Assembly (NCBI GenBank): GCA_020137815.1
Contig: CM035357.1
Span: 5,394,001 to 5,458,000 of the forward strand
Length of the DNA: 64,000 bases
Direction of reading: 5' to 3'
Source: Hormiphora californensis
Taxonomy: Eukaryota > Animalia > Ctenophora
Shown here: positions 14,099 to 28,700 of the stretch, in pieces
Layout of the letters: each line of letters starts with the position of its first letter
How positions within the stretch are numbered: position 1 is the stretch's first letter
Position numbers and translations under genes: made by a program
The notes under the pieces: generated by a model
Told to the model about the DNA's origin: nothing
Databases searched by the model: none
Seen by the model: only the letters and a program-made list of their open reading frames with translations

Positions 14099-15780
14099 TG
14101 GAGGAGAGGATAAAGGGGGAATGAAGGAGGAGATGGAGGATGAATGGGTATCTACCATCTAGAAAGGGTGGACGAAGGAGGGCGAAGGTCGACGGGGGAT
14201 AAAGGGGTAGGATAAAATGGGGAAATAAAAAACGGATGGAAGGGGATATGAAGGGGAATGAATGAGTAGAGGAAGAAGGAGAGAAGGAAAAAGGGGGAGA
14301 TGGAGGGGATTTGAGGGGAGAATAGCAGGCCAAGGGAAATGAATGTAGAAGGATGTGACGGAGGGGCTGGTATACGTATGGGTAGATTATGTGGGTGTGG
14401 TGGAGCGGGGGTTGTATGGTAGAAGGGGAAAACTGTTTGGAATAAGGAGGCCGACTTACTGCGAAAAGTAATCATAGTGTCCACATGATGAATTCGAGTC
14501 ACTGGAAGTTACTTTTAGATTGATAAATGCACCACCAATCCAGAGTATCAAATTTTCAGCCGTACTATCGGAATCCTGGATAGGTAAAGAAGGGTTAGTA
14601 CAAATGAGAGAGACTAAATTGATACACACTTTACTCGATCTTATAGTGGATACGGACGGGATATGGAGGAGAGGGGGAAATGGAGGAGAGGATAAAGGGA
14701 ATGAAGGAGATGGGGGATGAAGTGGGAAATGAATGGGTATCCACTATCTAGAAAGCGTGGACGAAGGAGGGCGAAGGTCGAAGGGGGGGGGGGGGTAAAG
14801 TGGTAGGATAAAAGGGAATGAAGGAACGGATGGAGAGGGAGATGAAGGGGGAATGAATGAGTAGAGGAAGAAGAGAGAAGGAAAAAGGGGGAGATGGAGG
14901 GAGGAATAAAGGCCAAGGGGGAAATGAATGTAGAAGGATGTGACGGAGGGGCGGGTATAAAGTATGGGTAGATTATGTGGGTGTGGGGGAGCGGGGGTTG
15001 TATGGTAGAAGGGAAAACTGTTTTAGAATAAGGCTGACTTACTGCGAAAAGAAGCAGATGGATATGGAGCGGAGATGGTTCAGATAGAGAAACAGCCCTC
15101 ACCGAGAGTGCCCAAGGGCTTGTCTTAACTTCAGTAATCAGTAATCGTGTCCACATGATGAATTCGAGTCACTGGAAGTTACTTTTAGATTGATAAATAC
15201 ACCACCAATTCAGAGTATCAAACTTTCAGCTGTTCTACGGAATCCTGGGAGAGGTAAAGAAGGGTTAGTACAATGAGAGAGACAAATTGATACAACACTT
15301 TACTCGGGGGAGTCTGCACTTTAGACTCCGAGGAAGATGAAGGAGAGGAAGATGAATGGGGATAGTAGATACGGCAAGTTATGGAGGAGAGGAATATTAG
15401 GGAGGATCAAGGAGAGGTTGAAGAGGAGTAGAGATAGGAGGGGTATAATGAAGGAGGAAAGACCGTCCCTATCTTTCCCTTGTTTGTGTGGGTAGATCAT
15501 GAGGGTGGGGAGCCGGGAGGTTGTATGGCAAGAGGGGAGGATGTTTTGGAATTTCACTTACTTTAGCGAAAAGAGGCAGATTGATACGGAATGGAGATGT
15601 TCAGATAGAGAGAGCCCTCACCGAGATTTCCCAGGGCTTATTCTTCATTTATTTCAGTAATCAGTAATAGTATCTACATGATCAATGATGCATCACCGGA
15701 GTTCCTTTTAGATTGATGAAAACACCATTAATTTACAGTGTCACATTTTCAGCCGTCTATCCTGGATCCTGGGGGAGAAA
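14099..15780. repeat. Degenerate purine-rich tandem duplication (about 3 copies, ~550-660 bp unit)
   Basis: gtgtccacatgatgaattcgagtcactggaagttacttttagattgataaa recurs at ~14478 and ~15148, and in diverged form at ~15670. Confidence 0.75.
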
Positions 15781-17761
15781 CTCTAAAACTCAGAACATAG
15801 TAATATTCATTATTTTGGAGGTTTTCTGCCTCATAAGTACATAAACGGAAGGAAGTAAGTACTCTATTCAAACTCATAACAATTTTCTTTGGGTTTTCGC
15901 TAACTGAGAGTCGGCCATATTGGATTTGGGTCGAACCAGTGGAAATCGAATGATATTTTTTCCGGAATCATTTGAAATTGGTGCGCGGCTCACTTTAACA
16001 CATGCGCGTTAGCAATATTAAATAGTGTGCGCGGCTCTACATTTGCGCGTGCAAAAGTGATCGATTTGCAAAATTGAAAAGAGAGTCATCAAATTCATGT
16101 CAAATGCTACCAATTCCCAAAATTTGGTGATTGTAGGACCTCCGGAACATGGTCAAAATGACTTGGGACAGGATCCTGTACATGCGCGGTGTTCCCTCCT
16201 TATCCCTGTTCTGCGCCACGCGCAGCGCGGGATAAGGCAGCGCTTTTCAAAAGAAAATTATGATTTTGGTCCAAAAAATTCGTATCGAAAATGACAAAAT
16301 TTTTAGCGCGCGGCTTTCAAAAATGGATTTGGCAGCGTTTAAAGAGTAGAAGTCGCGCGTTCCATTAAACGCGCCGACCGTATGCTCCAAATTTTGAAAA
16401 ATTCAAAATTGCGACCATTTCCAAATTTTTAAGTTTAAAAAAAAAAAAAAAAAAAAAAACTTAAACTCTGTTGGGCGCGATTATAATCTGGGTGCCTTGC
16501 AGCCTGGTTACAGGTGTGCTCTACCAAAAAGAGTACACTTTTATTTCCTAGACCGGCTTTTAGCCACGCAACCACATGAGCAATTTCACCGCCAAAATCG
16601 ATGAATTGAGCAATGGAACTTGGAAGGCCACTTTCAACTTTGTTGTTGCTCTCAAATTTACAAATCCAAATATCGGCTAAATGGTTGGAGGTAGAGCTTA
16701 AAAGTCCCTCGTTGGCCCCATTACTTGTCATGCACATAGCACCCATAGAAATTTCCTGAAACCCATCATGAGCAAAGATACAGCATACGGTATGCTCCCC
16801 GTTTCCGAGTATGCTTAATACAAGATTATCCAATCGTACCAATTCCTTCAACTATCTGCAGTAGTGTGTTTACGTTATTTTTTCCCTGCCCGGGTGATTG
16901 TCGAAGGCAATCACCCGGGATGATGTTTTTAGCACACACGTGCTAAAAAGATCATTCAGGGTTTAGAAATCAGCAGATTGTGTAGTTAACTAAAATGTCC
17001 GTCTGTCCACCGTTACACATAGCAACAAAGTCTGCTCCTTCATAAATCTTTCAACTCACACTTTGTTGATGCAACAAAGGAAATGATTAATACGCATTGT
17101 GGCGCGCAATTACTCACTCGTATCACTTCCTACTTTCACCTGAAATCACTTTGGGTACCCTACAGCCGTACCATGACGTGGTAGCAAGTCTTCCAAGCAT
17201 GAAAGTACTATCACAATAATTGCAAGTGACTGGTGCTAAGATGACTGAGGCCTGAGGGTAAAGGTGAAGCGCTTGGTCACCAACTAGGGTCTCCTAAGCA
17301 ACTGTCTTAGTTATCATAGCAACTGCCTTGGTTACCATAGCAACCACCCTGGTTACCATAGCAACTAACATCGTATCAGCCAAAAATTGCTCTTAAAGTG
17401 CAAAATTCATCGGAAAATCTGAATTTGAAGCTCATTCATCAATTTTACACCCATCTGGGGCAGGGAAACACCGCATTATGAATACATAATGCAATAATTC
17501 TTGTTTAATCTGATCTTTTAATCCGGACTGCGGACTGGAGCTTGATTTCAAGACCCAAGTCAAGGCCACGGCCAGTGCTTTCCAAACAGTTCTGAATTTG
17601 TCCAGTTCAACCTCATTACGAAACAGTGTAAACAACTTGTGTCTGTTACAGACAGTCTGTAGGCATTGTGTGGGCTTGCATCCAAACACGCCGCCCACAC
17701 AGTCTTGCGACAGTAAACACACTGATATTTTTTAGCCTTCATTTCTTTATCACTTGCAAAG

Positions 17762-19319
17762 ATGTCTGATACTCAATTTGTCCAACCTAGAGGACCTCCC
17801 CCGAATCCTCACGATCCTAGTTTAGGACCGAGGCCACCCAGAGGACCGAGGGGACCTCCCCCGCATCACCATGATCCTAGTTTAGGACCAAGACCACCCA
17901 GAGGACCTCCCCCGCATCCCCATGATCCGAGTTTAGGACCTAGACCACCCAGAGGACCTCCCCCGCATCCCCATGATCCAAGTTTAGGACCGAGAGGACC
18001 TAGCATCCCCATGATCCAAGTTTAGGACCGAGAGGACCTAGAGGACCTCCCCCGCACCTTCATGACCCGGGTTTAGGACCGCCACCCCATCCATTTGGTG
18101 GACCAGGCGGACCTCCATTTGGTGGACCAGGCGGACCACCAAAGCATGATTCCCCTCGACCTTGTAAGTCTCGCTGCAGTTCTTATCACCAAACATACAG
18201 AAACGTCTAAACGATTCTCTTATCATTCCTTCTTTTTTTCCAGTGAATGTGACGATCAACTTCCGACCGAACGATGTGCTGGTTGCCACCTTTCCCCGCA
18301 GTGGCACAACATGGACCATCGAAATAATTCGACAACTCCACCTCCGGCACCTTGGGGAGGATCATTACCTCACCACAGAGAGGGGCAAGGGAGGGGCCTT
18401 CCTCGATATGATGCGACATAGGGATTCCGAGTCCATTTTGGAGGCAATGGAATCTCCACGGATTCTGAAGACACACGCGTACTACGATGAATGCGAGTTT
18501 TTATCACAAGATAATCGGTGCAAGGTATGAAATATCAATTATTTGTTGATTATCCAACAACCCATTATATTGCAACCTAACCATTCTTAGGAGGGCATAC
18601 ATAAACATGTGTAAATTCAGATTCAATGATGATAATACCATCCAAATCTTCCAGATAATCTTTGTGATAAGGGACCCCAAGGATGTTATTTGTTCCCTAT
18701 TCGAGCACAGCAAGGTGGTCCATCCTGGAGGCAGAGGGGACGAGATCCAGGAGTTTGCTAAAGATATAACTGGAGAAAATGAGGTGAACCACTACACTCT
18801 TTCTTGAGTAACACCCTTCTCTTCTTTACATTCTACCGGAGTACTAATTTTAGTACTTTAAGTTCTCAAAACATTTAATTTTGATTTTTGTCGAAAGTCG
18901 GAATTTTAACGATCTAAACTCACACTTGTTTTCAGTCCCACCGATATATTGGAGGACCAGCAGACTGGTGTTTGTTCGCCGAGGGCTACCTGAACAACCC
19001 CTCCAACCATCACATTCTATACATCAAGTACGAGGAGCTGAAAGCATCAACCTCCAAGATGATTGCAAGAATAAACGATTTCTTGGGTTATCCGCCCCTG
19101 TCGCAAGAGGAAATAGGGGAGGTGATTGATGCAACTAGTTATGATAAAATGAAGTCCACTCACAAGGAGGTGGCAGGAAATACGACTGGGAAAAGTGGTG
19201 GGTATAAGGAGAGGTTGTCGGTTGAGAACATTGCATCGATGAATAAAAGGGTGGTTGAGTTGTCGGACAGAGTCGATGATAAACACCTGAATCTCAGGTC
19301 TTACGCAGAAAATAGTTAA
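17762..19319 (+). CDS. Cytosolic-type (Sulfotransfer_1) sulfotransferase with a Pro/His-rich repetitive N-terminal exon; one frameshift at ~18002
   Basis: Exons 17762-18163, 18244-18524, 18655-18783 and 18936-19319 join in phase. Motifs: FRPNDVLVATFPRSGTTW (5'-PSB), PRILKTH, IRDPKDVICS (3'-PB), ILYIKYEELK. Confidence 0.88.
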
Positions 19320-19751
19320 CATTGATAATTAATGCAAATGCTACGGCATAGTATTGTAATGAATATAAGGTATGTCATACTTTATAAATGTTTCATTCGA
19401 CTTGTGTAAGATTAAACTGTTCTGTTAAATTAAATTAATAACCTTTTTCCTTTAAACACTGTTATGATCGTGTATAGATAGCTCAAAAATATTCATCAAA
19501 AAGACACTGGCAAAATATTAATGTGCATCCTTATACCCCGCTTGTGGTCATACCAGTGTTTGTGGATATTGGAGCTGTCCGATTCCGATTTTAACTTTCA
19601 AGAGCTGCTCTCGGATATCTATATCTGCCTTTTGCTAGCATGCGGAGTGCACTTTGCAGCCTCCGAACCTCCTATACAGTGCACGCAGTACACAGGGAGA
19701 CGAAAATCTAAAAACAACCCAATCTACCAGATAGAATAAGGATATGGCAAG

Positions 19752-22700
19752 ATGACATCAGTTTACCTGTTTGCTGTCCTATTTAGCATTTTTTCCTGTG
19801 ATCTACAGGGCTATGTTGGGGCAGTTTCTGCCACGTACTTCGCTTTCAGCTCCCTGAGAATCGACTGTTGGAGGTCAGTGTTTTTGTGTATTTTTGTGCA
19901 ATCATTTTTCAGTAAAATGAACGAGTTGACAATAATTGTTAGATCGGATATTAAAAACTCGATTACCAATGCACTACCATACGCTAATTTCAGTTACGAA
20001 TGCTGTCTTGAGGGTGAGAGGAAAAGCTCCTGGGTTCACAATGATCCTGCTAAGCTTGATAAACTGTTAACTGATAGACTCTTTGGTCAACATATAGCAT
20101 ACAAGGTTTGTGTTGTGTAGATAATTAGGAGGAGGTTTATGTGCGGCTAATTAGATAATGGAAATCCAATTGCTACCGGGCACTCCCGGAACAAAACAAG
20201 TCTGGCGTGGTGGCCGGGCGTTATTCCTCCTGCCGGTATGCCCACCAGTGGTGGGCAAACAGTCAGTAGGCAGAAGGGTACCCTAGCTGACCGTTATGCC
20301 CACCTACCAAATCAGGTATATTGCGGCATAGTGGTGGTGGGCATACCGGTATCCTAGCCGGCCGTTATGCCCACCTGTAACCCCCTCTCTCTGTATATAA
20401 TTGATGGCATCACACATCCGGAGATCTACACGCTTAGGAGTGGTACCAATTAGACGCTTAGCCTTCTCGTATCACAGATCATACGACAACTGTGTGTAAA
20501 CCTTACACTACCTTAGTTGTGGTAGAATTTAAAAAGTATGAGAAACCAATAACAAATAAAAATTATAACTTATTACCCATGTCCTATCCGTCCAATTTCA
20601 TTATATTGCTCGTAAGCATCATGATACTGGATCTGAAACTGGATCTGATACTACATAATTGGACACAACTGAAACAGGAATGCTTCCCTAATCTGTTGTG
20701 GTGTCAGGGATGTCACTACCACTATTGCCAGTGACGGGGGGAACTCAGGTTCTTCGTGCCAGCTGAGTTCTTCGATCTCAGTCCCGTTGCCGTGGACCTG
20801 GTTGGCTGATGGTCAAGTGATTACGGCCAAATTACCCGGCTATCTCCCCAAGTATGGGGAGTAAACTTTGCCAGAGACCTTGCCGGACTCAACTATGGCA
20901 CCGAGCTCTTGCAGTGCAACTAATACCAGTTGAACTGATAATCTCACCCCAGCCAGTAACCTTGTTACAGATGGCACCGAGCTCTTGCAGTGCAACTAAT
21001 ACCAGTTGAACTGATAATCTCACCCCAGCCAGTAACCTTGTTACAGATGGCACCGAGCTCTTGCCGTGCAACTGATCCCAGTTGAACTGATAATCTCACC
21101 CCAGCCAGTAACCTTGTTACAGATGGCACCGAGCTCTTGCCGTGCAACTGATCCCAGTTGAACTGATAATCTCACCCCAGCCAGTAACCTTGTTACAGAT
21201 GGCACCGAGCTCTTGCCGTGCAACTGATCCCAGTTGAACTGATAATCTAATATGGTCCATCCCTAGGTTGAGTAAACGGAATTTATTAAATTAAATCCCA
21301 GTTACTAAGCCTACTTAATCGCGGTCGCTGATGACCATTATGAATCAGCACATAACCTATCCAATTGCCGAGAATATTCTCACTCCCGACCAAACACTCG
21401 AACTGGGAAAACTCACCAAACTTATAGCCAGATGCAACCACCGCTAACTATCCTGACCTGAAACAGGTAGCAGAGTCGAGACTGCTACCTATGAGGGACT
21501 GCACACATCTACATCTACCATAGGACCCGCGGGTAATGGGGCAGATAAGAGAAGGCTAAACGTCTAATTGGTACCACTCCTTAGCGTGTAGATCTCCGGA
21601 TGTGTGATGCCATCAATTACATACAGAGAGAGGGGGTTACAGGTGGGCATAACGGCCGGCTAGGATACCGGTATGCCCACCACCACTATGCCGCAATATA
21701 CCTGATTTGGTTGGTAGGCATAACGGTTGGCTAGGGTACACTTCTGCCTACTGACTTGTTTGCCCACCACTGGTGGGCATACCGGCAGGAGGCATAACGC
21801 CCCGTATTCGTCTGGCGCCAGTCTCCGATTTTATTCTCATCTGACAGTGCAGCAGCTCAGATGGGGTCTGCGGCGCCAGACAGCTGTTCAGCGTAAAATC
21901 TAAAAACCGGCATCCAGAATGTTTACAGCCCATCTTTCTTCTGCAGATTCTAAAAAAGCAGCTAGCCGGTTACTTGGAAGATGAAGCACCTGAAAAGCCC
22001 TTTGTAATTCACATTAGCGGGAAAACGGGGACCGGTAAAAATCATATTGCTAATCTCATAGCACAAGCAAGGTACAATATTATTATTTCCTAGCCGTCTC
22101 GCACTGAATAAAGCTCGATTTAGAAACCAACAACACATAAACCGTTCACTCACTCAAGTTACACCACCATCTACTTGCCTTGCTCGACCATACAAATGTG
22201 AATGTAAAGTAGGGTAAGAACATATCAACTGTCCACCAGGTATGACAAATCATTAGAGAGCAAGTATGTGTTGAAAATAATTGGAACGCATGACTGGACC
22301 CACCTAGATACCAGGACTGCCCAGGAACGCCTCCGAACGGAAGTAGGTAAAATATTGACAGGCTCTGACTGTAAAGGCCCAGTTACAAAATTGGATCCTG
22401 ATATCAGTGCAGGGTCCTGATGGCATATTCCAGTTTGTAACTGCGGCTCTGACAGGCTCTGGCTGTAATATCGAACGCACGCTGCTTGAATGGAATATTC
22501 CTCTAAGGGGCGATTCAAAAAGAACGTTCGTGATTTTTGGTCATTTTTTTACCCGCCCCTTCCTCCCCCCTTGTCCAGATATATGCCCTAAATCGGCTAC
22601 CTCCCCCTACCCCTGGACGTCCTTTTTGAATCGCCCCCAATAGAAATACCAATGGGTTGTTCAAGTCTAGGGGAAATAATGTGTTCAACTACTCACTCTG

Positions 22701-25700
22701 ACTGTGCAGTGTGCACCCCACTCTTCAAGCATTGTCATTACCCATTATTTTCCCAGGTAATAACACACGTTCGAAAGTGCCGTTACTCCTTCGTGGTGGT
22801 GGACGAGGTTGAAAAGTTACCAGTCGGAACCCTTGACGGGATTAGCGCTTACTTAGACATAAACGTGCAAGTCGATGGGGTTGACTTTAGGAACACGATT
22901 TTCATTTTTCTCAGCAACACGGCCGGTAAATTAATGCTCCTGCCTTGGACAACTATAATAATGCAGTTATAGTAAGGAGTTAGGACCAGGTCTGCCATCT
23001 TGCTGACAACAGTCTCACTTTGTTAACTCTCACTTTGTAAACTCTTAACTTGTCTCTAGGTAATCAAATTCGTGACTACGTGAATGCTCAGTTGGAGGCG
23101 GGGCGGAGCAGGTCCTCCCTTACTATCCTGGAGATGGAGACACTCATTCAGAACACTCTTTATAAGTAAGTTCGAACTTCGAAGTTATTATTTGTTGTGT
23201 TGTTCAAACGGGGCACGGGGAAAAATTAAATTAAATTGTTTGTCGAATTCAGAAATCAAAACAGAAACACTACATATTTTCAAAGAGCAGAAATAATAGA
23301 AAACACTTTTTCTTTTCACGCTTTTGCTTTCATAAAATAAAAATGTTTTCAAAACATTGTTTTGCCATCGTTTCAAAGTTCGATTGTCTTACAGTCTGTT
23401 AACCAAATACATTTTAAAATATTTTACCACTGTCCACTCAAATATCGATGAGTTCTGACTATGGGAACCAGTTCAATATTTATTAGTTAACATCTCTCGG
23501 CACTTAGTTCATTTCACATCTCGCGGCACTTAGTTCAATTCACATCTCGCGGCACTTAGTATCAATTCACATCTCGCTGCATTTCTTATCGATTTTAGTT
23601 CGGTTCACCTCACTCCTTTTCACCGACACAGAAGGCGGTTCTTTGCATGTCGTAAGATCACCACCAGCTCTCTGCGCAGGGTTTGTGAGGTTACCAGGTA
23701 GGCCAGAGGTGAGAGGGCAGTGCAGAGTAGTAGACTGGAGTAGAGGATATCAAAGACAAGCAAACTGTACCCCTTGCTTTTCAAGACACCCTGAATATAC
23801 CGGGGATAGACACGCGTTGGGAGCCAGGGAAGGGTGGAAACAATGTAAAGTACCACGACAAACACAATGCACCATGGGATCTGGTTTCGCATTTTGGAGA
23901 TCTTGGTGATGGTTGCTGTTGTGTTGGTGGAGGCATTGATTGATCCTCCACCTCCCCCTCCACTGCTGCTTGTCACTCCCGTGGAACTGGTTTTGAAGCC
24001 GTTGGTCAGGTGGGCTACCTTCTTCCGGGATTTCAGGACAGTAATGTGGATGATACTGTAAAGGATGAAGATGGCCGTGACTGGGAGGACAAAACATGTC
24101 AAGATCACGACAATCTTGTACACCTCACACTCCATCCCCTCCTCTCCGTACCCGCAGTACTTTCCAATCACCTCGTCCTCGTGAAGATGGATCCCGCAGA
24201 TACCCGTCAGCGGGAAGGCGGATATCCCCGTCACCACCAGGATGATCAGGAACACGGCGAGAGTTTGGTATCGGAGTTGTAGGTACCGGTGGTAATCAAG
24301 AGGTCTCAGGACGAAGATAACCCGGACAGCCGTGATCATGACTATGAAGTAGGATGGGAGGGTCAGGGCAATGTTCTGGATGATCTCCTTGTGCTTGCAG
24401 TTTGTCTCCGACTTCAGCTTGATCGGGCTGAGACCCAGGGACCAGTAGACCACGATTGTCAGCATCAGAAACACCTGGGGAGACAAAAGCGTGGGTTAGA
24501 ATTATGAGTGAGAAACTGGAACCCTGAAGTAACAAGTGTTAGTAAAATAAAATGTGATTAAAGTTATTCGGGGCTATTAGGCTTCGGGTGCATCATAGCG
24601 CTATGATCTAAGGAAGCCGTATTAATAACTTGACCTTGATGGCTGATGTGCACTGTGCAGACGTAAAATTAACGAAAGTTTAATTAGTAAAAGAGCATAA
24701 TATATAGATCAATTTACCATTGAACAGACGTAGCACAATACAGAATACAATACTTTTATTGCATCCAAGTTTTGTCGCAGTATGATCACACACATTATTA
24801 TTGATGCTAGGAGACATATCAATATACCAGGACCAGAGCTCGCCATAGTAACCCACTGCATACCAGGAGGCTCACTACTACTGTTGCCCACTGGAACCCA
24901 AAGAATACCAGTATCATTGGGGTTAGAGCCAGAGGAAGGAAAGATGGGATCTGGAGACCACCAGGAAGGGGGAGAGGGTGGCTGGCGCAGAATATCCATG
25001 GGGTATCTAGCCAGGAGATCTGAGAAGGGGTTCTGTATCTCGTGTCTTGTATATAATCCATGGAATATGGGTATCGAACCCTGCATAGTGGAAGGGCAAA
25101 GGTTTCTTTTCACCAAAGTGTAGTCTAAGGGGTCCTTAATCACCAAAAAAAAGTTTACATCCCAGAAGTGGGGGATAAGGGTCGTAATTGGCCATAATTG
25201 GGTACCTGTATTTTCAGCCTGAGGCCAAAACCATAAGTCCTCTTAAAATAGGAGTAGAGACAAATCTGAGGGCACCAAAGTGATCAGCGTCCTCGCATTA
25301 GTGGGGGTAGGTGCCGGAATTAAGTCTCTATCTCATCTGGTTAATTAGATAATTGGATAATTAGGTTTGCGCATAACCGTTTTTAGGCTATATGGCTATA
25401 GCCACTTAGGAATGGTTTAGAGACTTTTCACTGGTGCCATTTTGTAGGCAATGGCCAAGTTATGGGGGGTCGACGTCGGACTTTTAAGCTCTATCTCCAA
25501 CCGTTTGGATATCCGTCGGGCAGACACTAAAGCGATTAGTGAGTACCTGAATATGGTGAAGTGGAAGGACGTCTTTAAAATGTGTACTGTAGACGAACTT
25601 CCACGTGTATTCAGAGATATCCTCTTCCAGGCTGCACAGATTTTCACTCCACGCAAGAAACCAAGGAGAGGAAAACCAAATAGGGGGGGGTTCCCATGGT

Positions 25701-28700
25701 ATACTTTGGTATACTTTGGCACTTTCCACAACTTTTACAGCGATTTTCCATATACCAAAGTATACCAAAGTATACCAAAATATACCAAGGTATACCAAAG
25801 TATACCATACAAATTTTGAAAAAGGTAAAATTTAAGCGATAAGATAAAATAACTGACTAAATTTGTAAAACTACATCCTTATTTCGTTCTAAATTGGTAA
25901 TATAAAGCTTATTAAACTGATTTTTACGTATGTTACATCACCCGGCTAGTGCTCAAGGCTGGCCATTCAGTGGCCAGGGGTTCAATTCCCGGTTGAGGCA
26001 ATTTTTGAAAAATTTTTAGAGACTTTACCAAATACTATTTGAACTTTTTCTTGACTTTTTAAAAAGTTTTTTATCGCACTCAAATGAGTCCCAATGTGTC
26101 AAACCCCAGTTTTGTGACTCATCATTTCATAGGCAAAATAAGTTTCCTCGATTCTATGAAATTAGCCAATTTAGCCTAGTTAACCTCAAGTTTATGAGTT
26201 AAGAAAGTTTATACAAACTGTTTTAAAGCCTTAATTATTGTAAATTAACACTTTAAAGTACGTAAAGCTATTAAAAAGATATGGTATACTTTGGTATACT
26301 TTGGTACCTTCCACATATTTTTTTGGAATTTTCCATATGCCAAAGTATACCAAAGTATACCAAAGTATACCATGGGAACCCCCCCCCAAATAGGGTCCGG
26401 AAGCTAGCTAGGAAGAAGAGGGCTCTCCAGACGAGACTCACTAAAGTACTGGAAGATGAAAGCTCTCCAGAAGAGCAGATCAGAGCGATGGAGAAACGAT
26501 TGAACGAGTTGCACTGGCAAATCCGAGAGGCTGTTATGAATGACAGATGCAAACAGGAGGAGCTAGCACTAGCGAAAATGCGTGAAAACGCGAAGTATTT
26601 CTACAGTTACGCCAAACGATTTGCTGGAGAAAGTAGTAGGATATCTGCTCTCCGTGATGAAGACGGAGAGATGTGTACTGACGACAGAGAAATTGCAGAA
26701 GTTCTATCTATGCAGTTCAAGGCTGTTTTTAGTAACCCGGTCGAGGCAGAGTCGACGGTTGGAAGCGAGATTGTTGTTCCAGATTCCGTTGAGCCGAGAG
26801 ACGGGGATATCGACTTCTCCCAGGGGGATATACTTGAGGCCATCAAAGATATGAAGGCAGACTCAGCGGCGGGTCCAGATGGTATTCCGGCGTTGCTGCT
26901 CAAACAGTGTGCTGATTCTGTTTCCTACCCCCTATACTTGATGTGGAAGAGATCCCTCGGCGAAGGTATTGTTCCTTCATCAAGCAAGGAGTCTCTGGTG
27001 ACTCCGCTCTTCAAAAAAGGCAGTAGAGCCCTGGCTGCCAACTACCGTCCCGTTTCGCTCACGGATCACACCATCAAAATTTTCGAGAGAGTTGTCCGAA
27101 AGAAGCTGGTTGATCACTTTGAGTCAAATGATCTGTTTAATGATATACAGCACGGGTTTCGAAGAGGAAAGAGCACTCTTACCCAGCTTATTGACCACTT
27201 TGACGAGGTACACCGAAATGCCCTGGATGGAAAGGACACGGACTCTCTGTACCTAGACTACAGTAAGGCGTTCGATCGTGTTGACCACGGTATTCTAATC
27301 AGGAAACTTAGGAGATACCGGGTTCATGAGGGCCTCATCAAGTGGATCCAGTCTTTTCTGGAAGGTAGGGTCCAGCGAGTTACTGTGGACGGCTGCCTGT
27401 CTGAAGCAGTACTGGTCATAAGCGGAGTACCTCAGGGTTCGGTGTTAGGACCGTTCCTATTCTTGTTGTTTATTAACGACATATCATCAGTGGTGTCCGG
27501 AAGCACACTGAGATGTTTTGCTGATGATACGAGAATTCTGAAGAGTATCGGTGGAGAAGATGACATGATAATCCTCCAAAGAGACTTGGAGGCTGTTACA
27601 GCATGGTCCCTGAGAAACAACATGAAGCTACATGCAGATAAATTTGAATATCTGCTTCATGGAGTCACAAGGGATCCTCTCTCCCAGCAACTGCCATTCA
27701 CCCAAAATCTACTATCTTACACAACTGAGGCTGGAATCCTGGAACCAAGCTTATCAGTTAGAGATCTTGGTGTGCTAGTTCAAGCCGATCTAGATTGGGA
27801 GGGACACATAAGGACGATTGCCGAGAGCGGACGCCGCAAAGCATCTTGGGTCCTGAGTGTCTTCAAAACACGGGACAGAGAAGCGATGATAACTTTGTAT
27901 AAGAGTATGGTCAGGAGCCTGCTCGAGTACTGTTGCCCTCTCTGGAGTCCGACTAAGATTAGGGATATCGAGCTACTTGAGGGAGTGCAGCGTTCCTTTA
28001 CCAGACGTATAGCGGAGTGTAAGGGAATGACCTACTGGCAGCGCCTTCAGTATCTTCGTATCAGCTCCCTACAACGCAGGAGAGAGCGTTACATTATTCT
28101 ACATATGTGGAAGACGCTTCATGGCCACATCTCCAATGACATCGGAGTACAATTTACCGCCGGTGGCCGACTGGGAACCAGAGCTGTGGTTCCGAAAATT
28201 GTGAAGAACTCTCTAGCAGCAGCACAGTCAGCATACGATGGATCCTTTGCTGTGATGGGGCCGAGGCTCTGGAACTGCTTACCTGCTCAAATTAACCAAA
28301 TCACTGAGTTCCAGGTTTTTAAAACTCAGTTATCAAGATTTCTGGACGCGATACCAGACCAACCTCCAGTCGCTGGGTATACGCGGAGATCCACAAACAG
28401 TGTTCTTGATAGTACCAGTGGGGAGTTGCAGAAAGCGATACCCCGATCGGACGAGCAGTAGCCGGCGAACTACACAGAAGTAAAGTAAGTAAAGTTTAGC
28501 CGTTATTTGGCTTTTAAGGTGCTGAAAATGACCAAAAATCGGGCTTTTTACCGTTTTTTGCTCATTTTCAGAGTAAAAAGCCCGATTTTGAGCACCTTTA
28601 AAGCCAAATAACGGCTAAACGGTTGGAAATAGAGCTTAAAAGTCCGACGTCGACCCCCCATAACTCGGCCATTGCCTACAAAATGGCACCAGTGAAAAGT

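Noticed and set aside
16435-17742. Minus-strand ORFs of 138, 96 and 60 aa
   Set aside because: No recognisable domain, and part (~16665-16710) matches the internal sequence of the foldback element at ~25480/28620, so probably repeat-derived
20895-21248. Regular repeats resembling a CRISPR array
   Set aside because: Head-to-tail 76-bp units with no unique spacers, eukaryotic intron, no cas genes
25940-26000. tRNA-like B-box (ggttcaattccc); a similar one lies near 10275-10297
   Set aside because: No complete cloverleaf could be folded; at most a SINE-like remnant
26281-26390. Listed ATG start of the 726-aa RT ORF
   Set aside because: The first ~35 codons come from the inserted MITE; the true LINE frame continues upstream at 25507-25683
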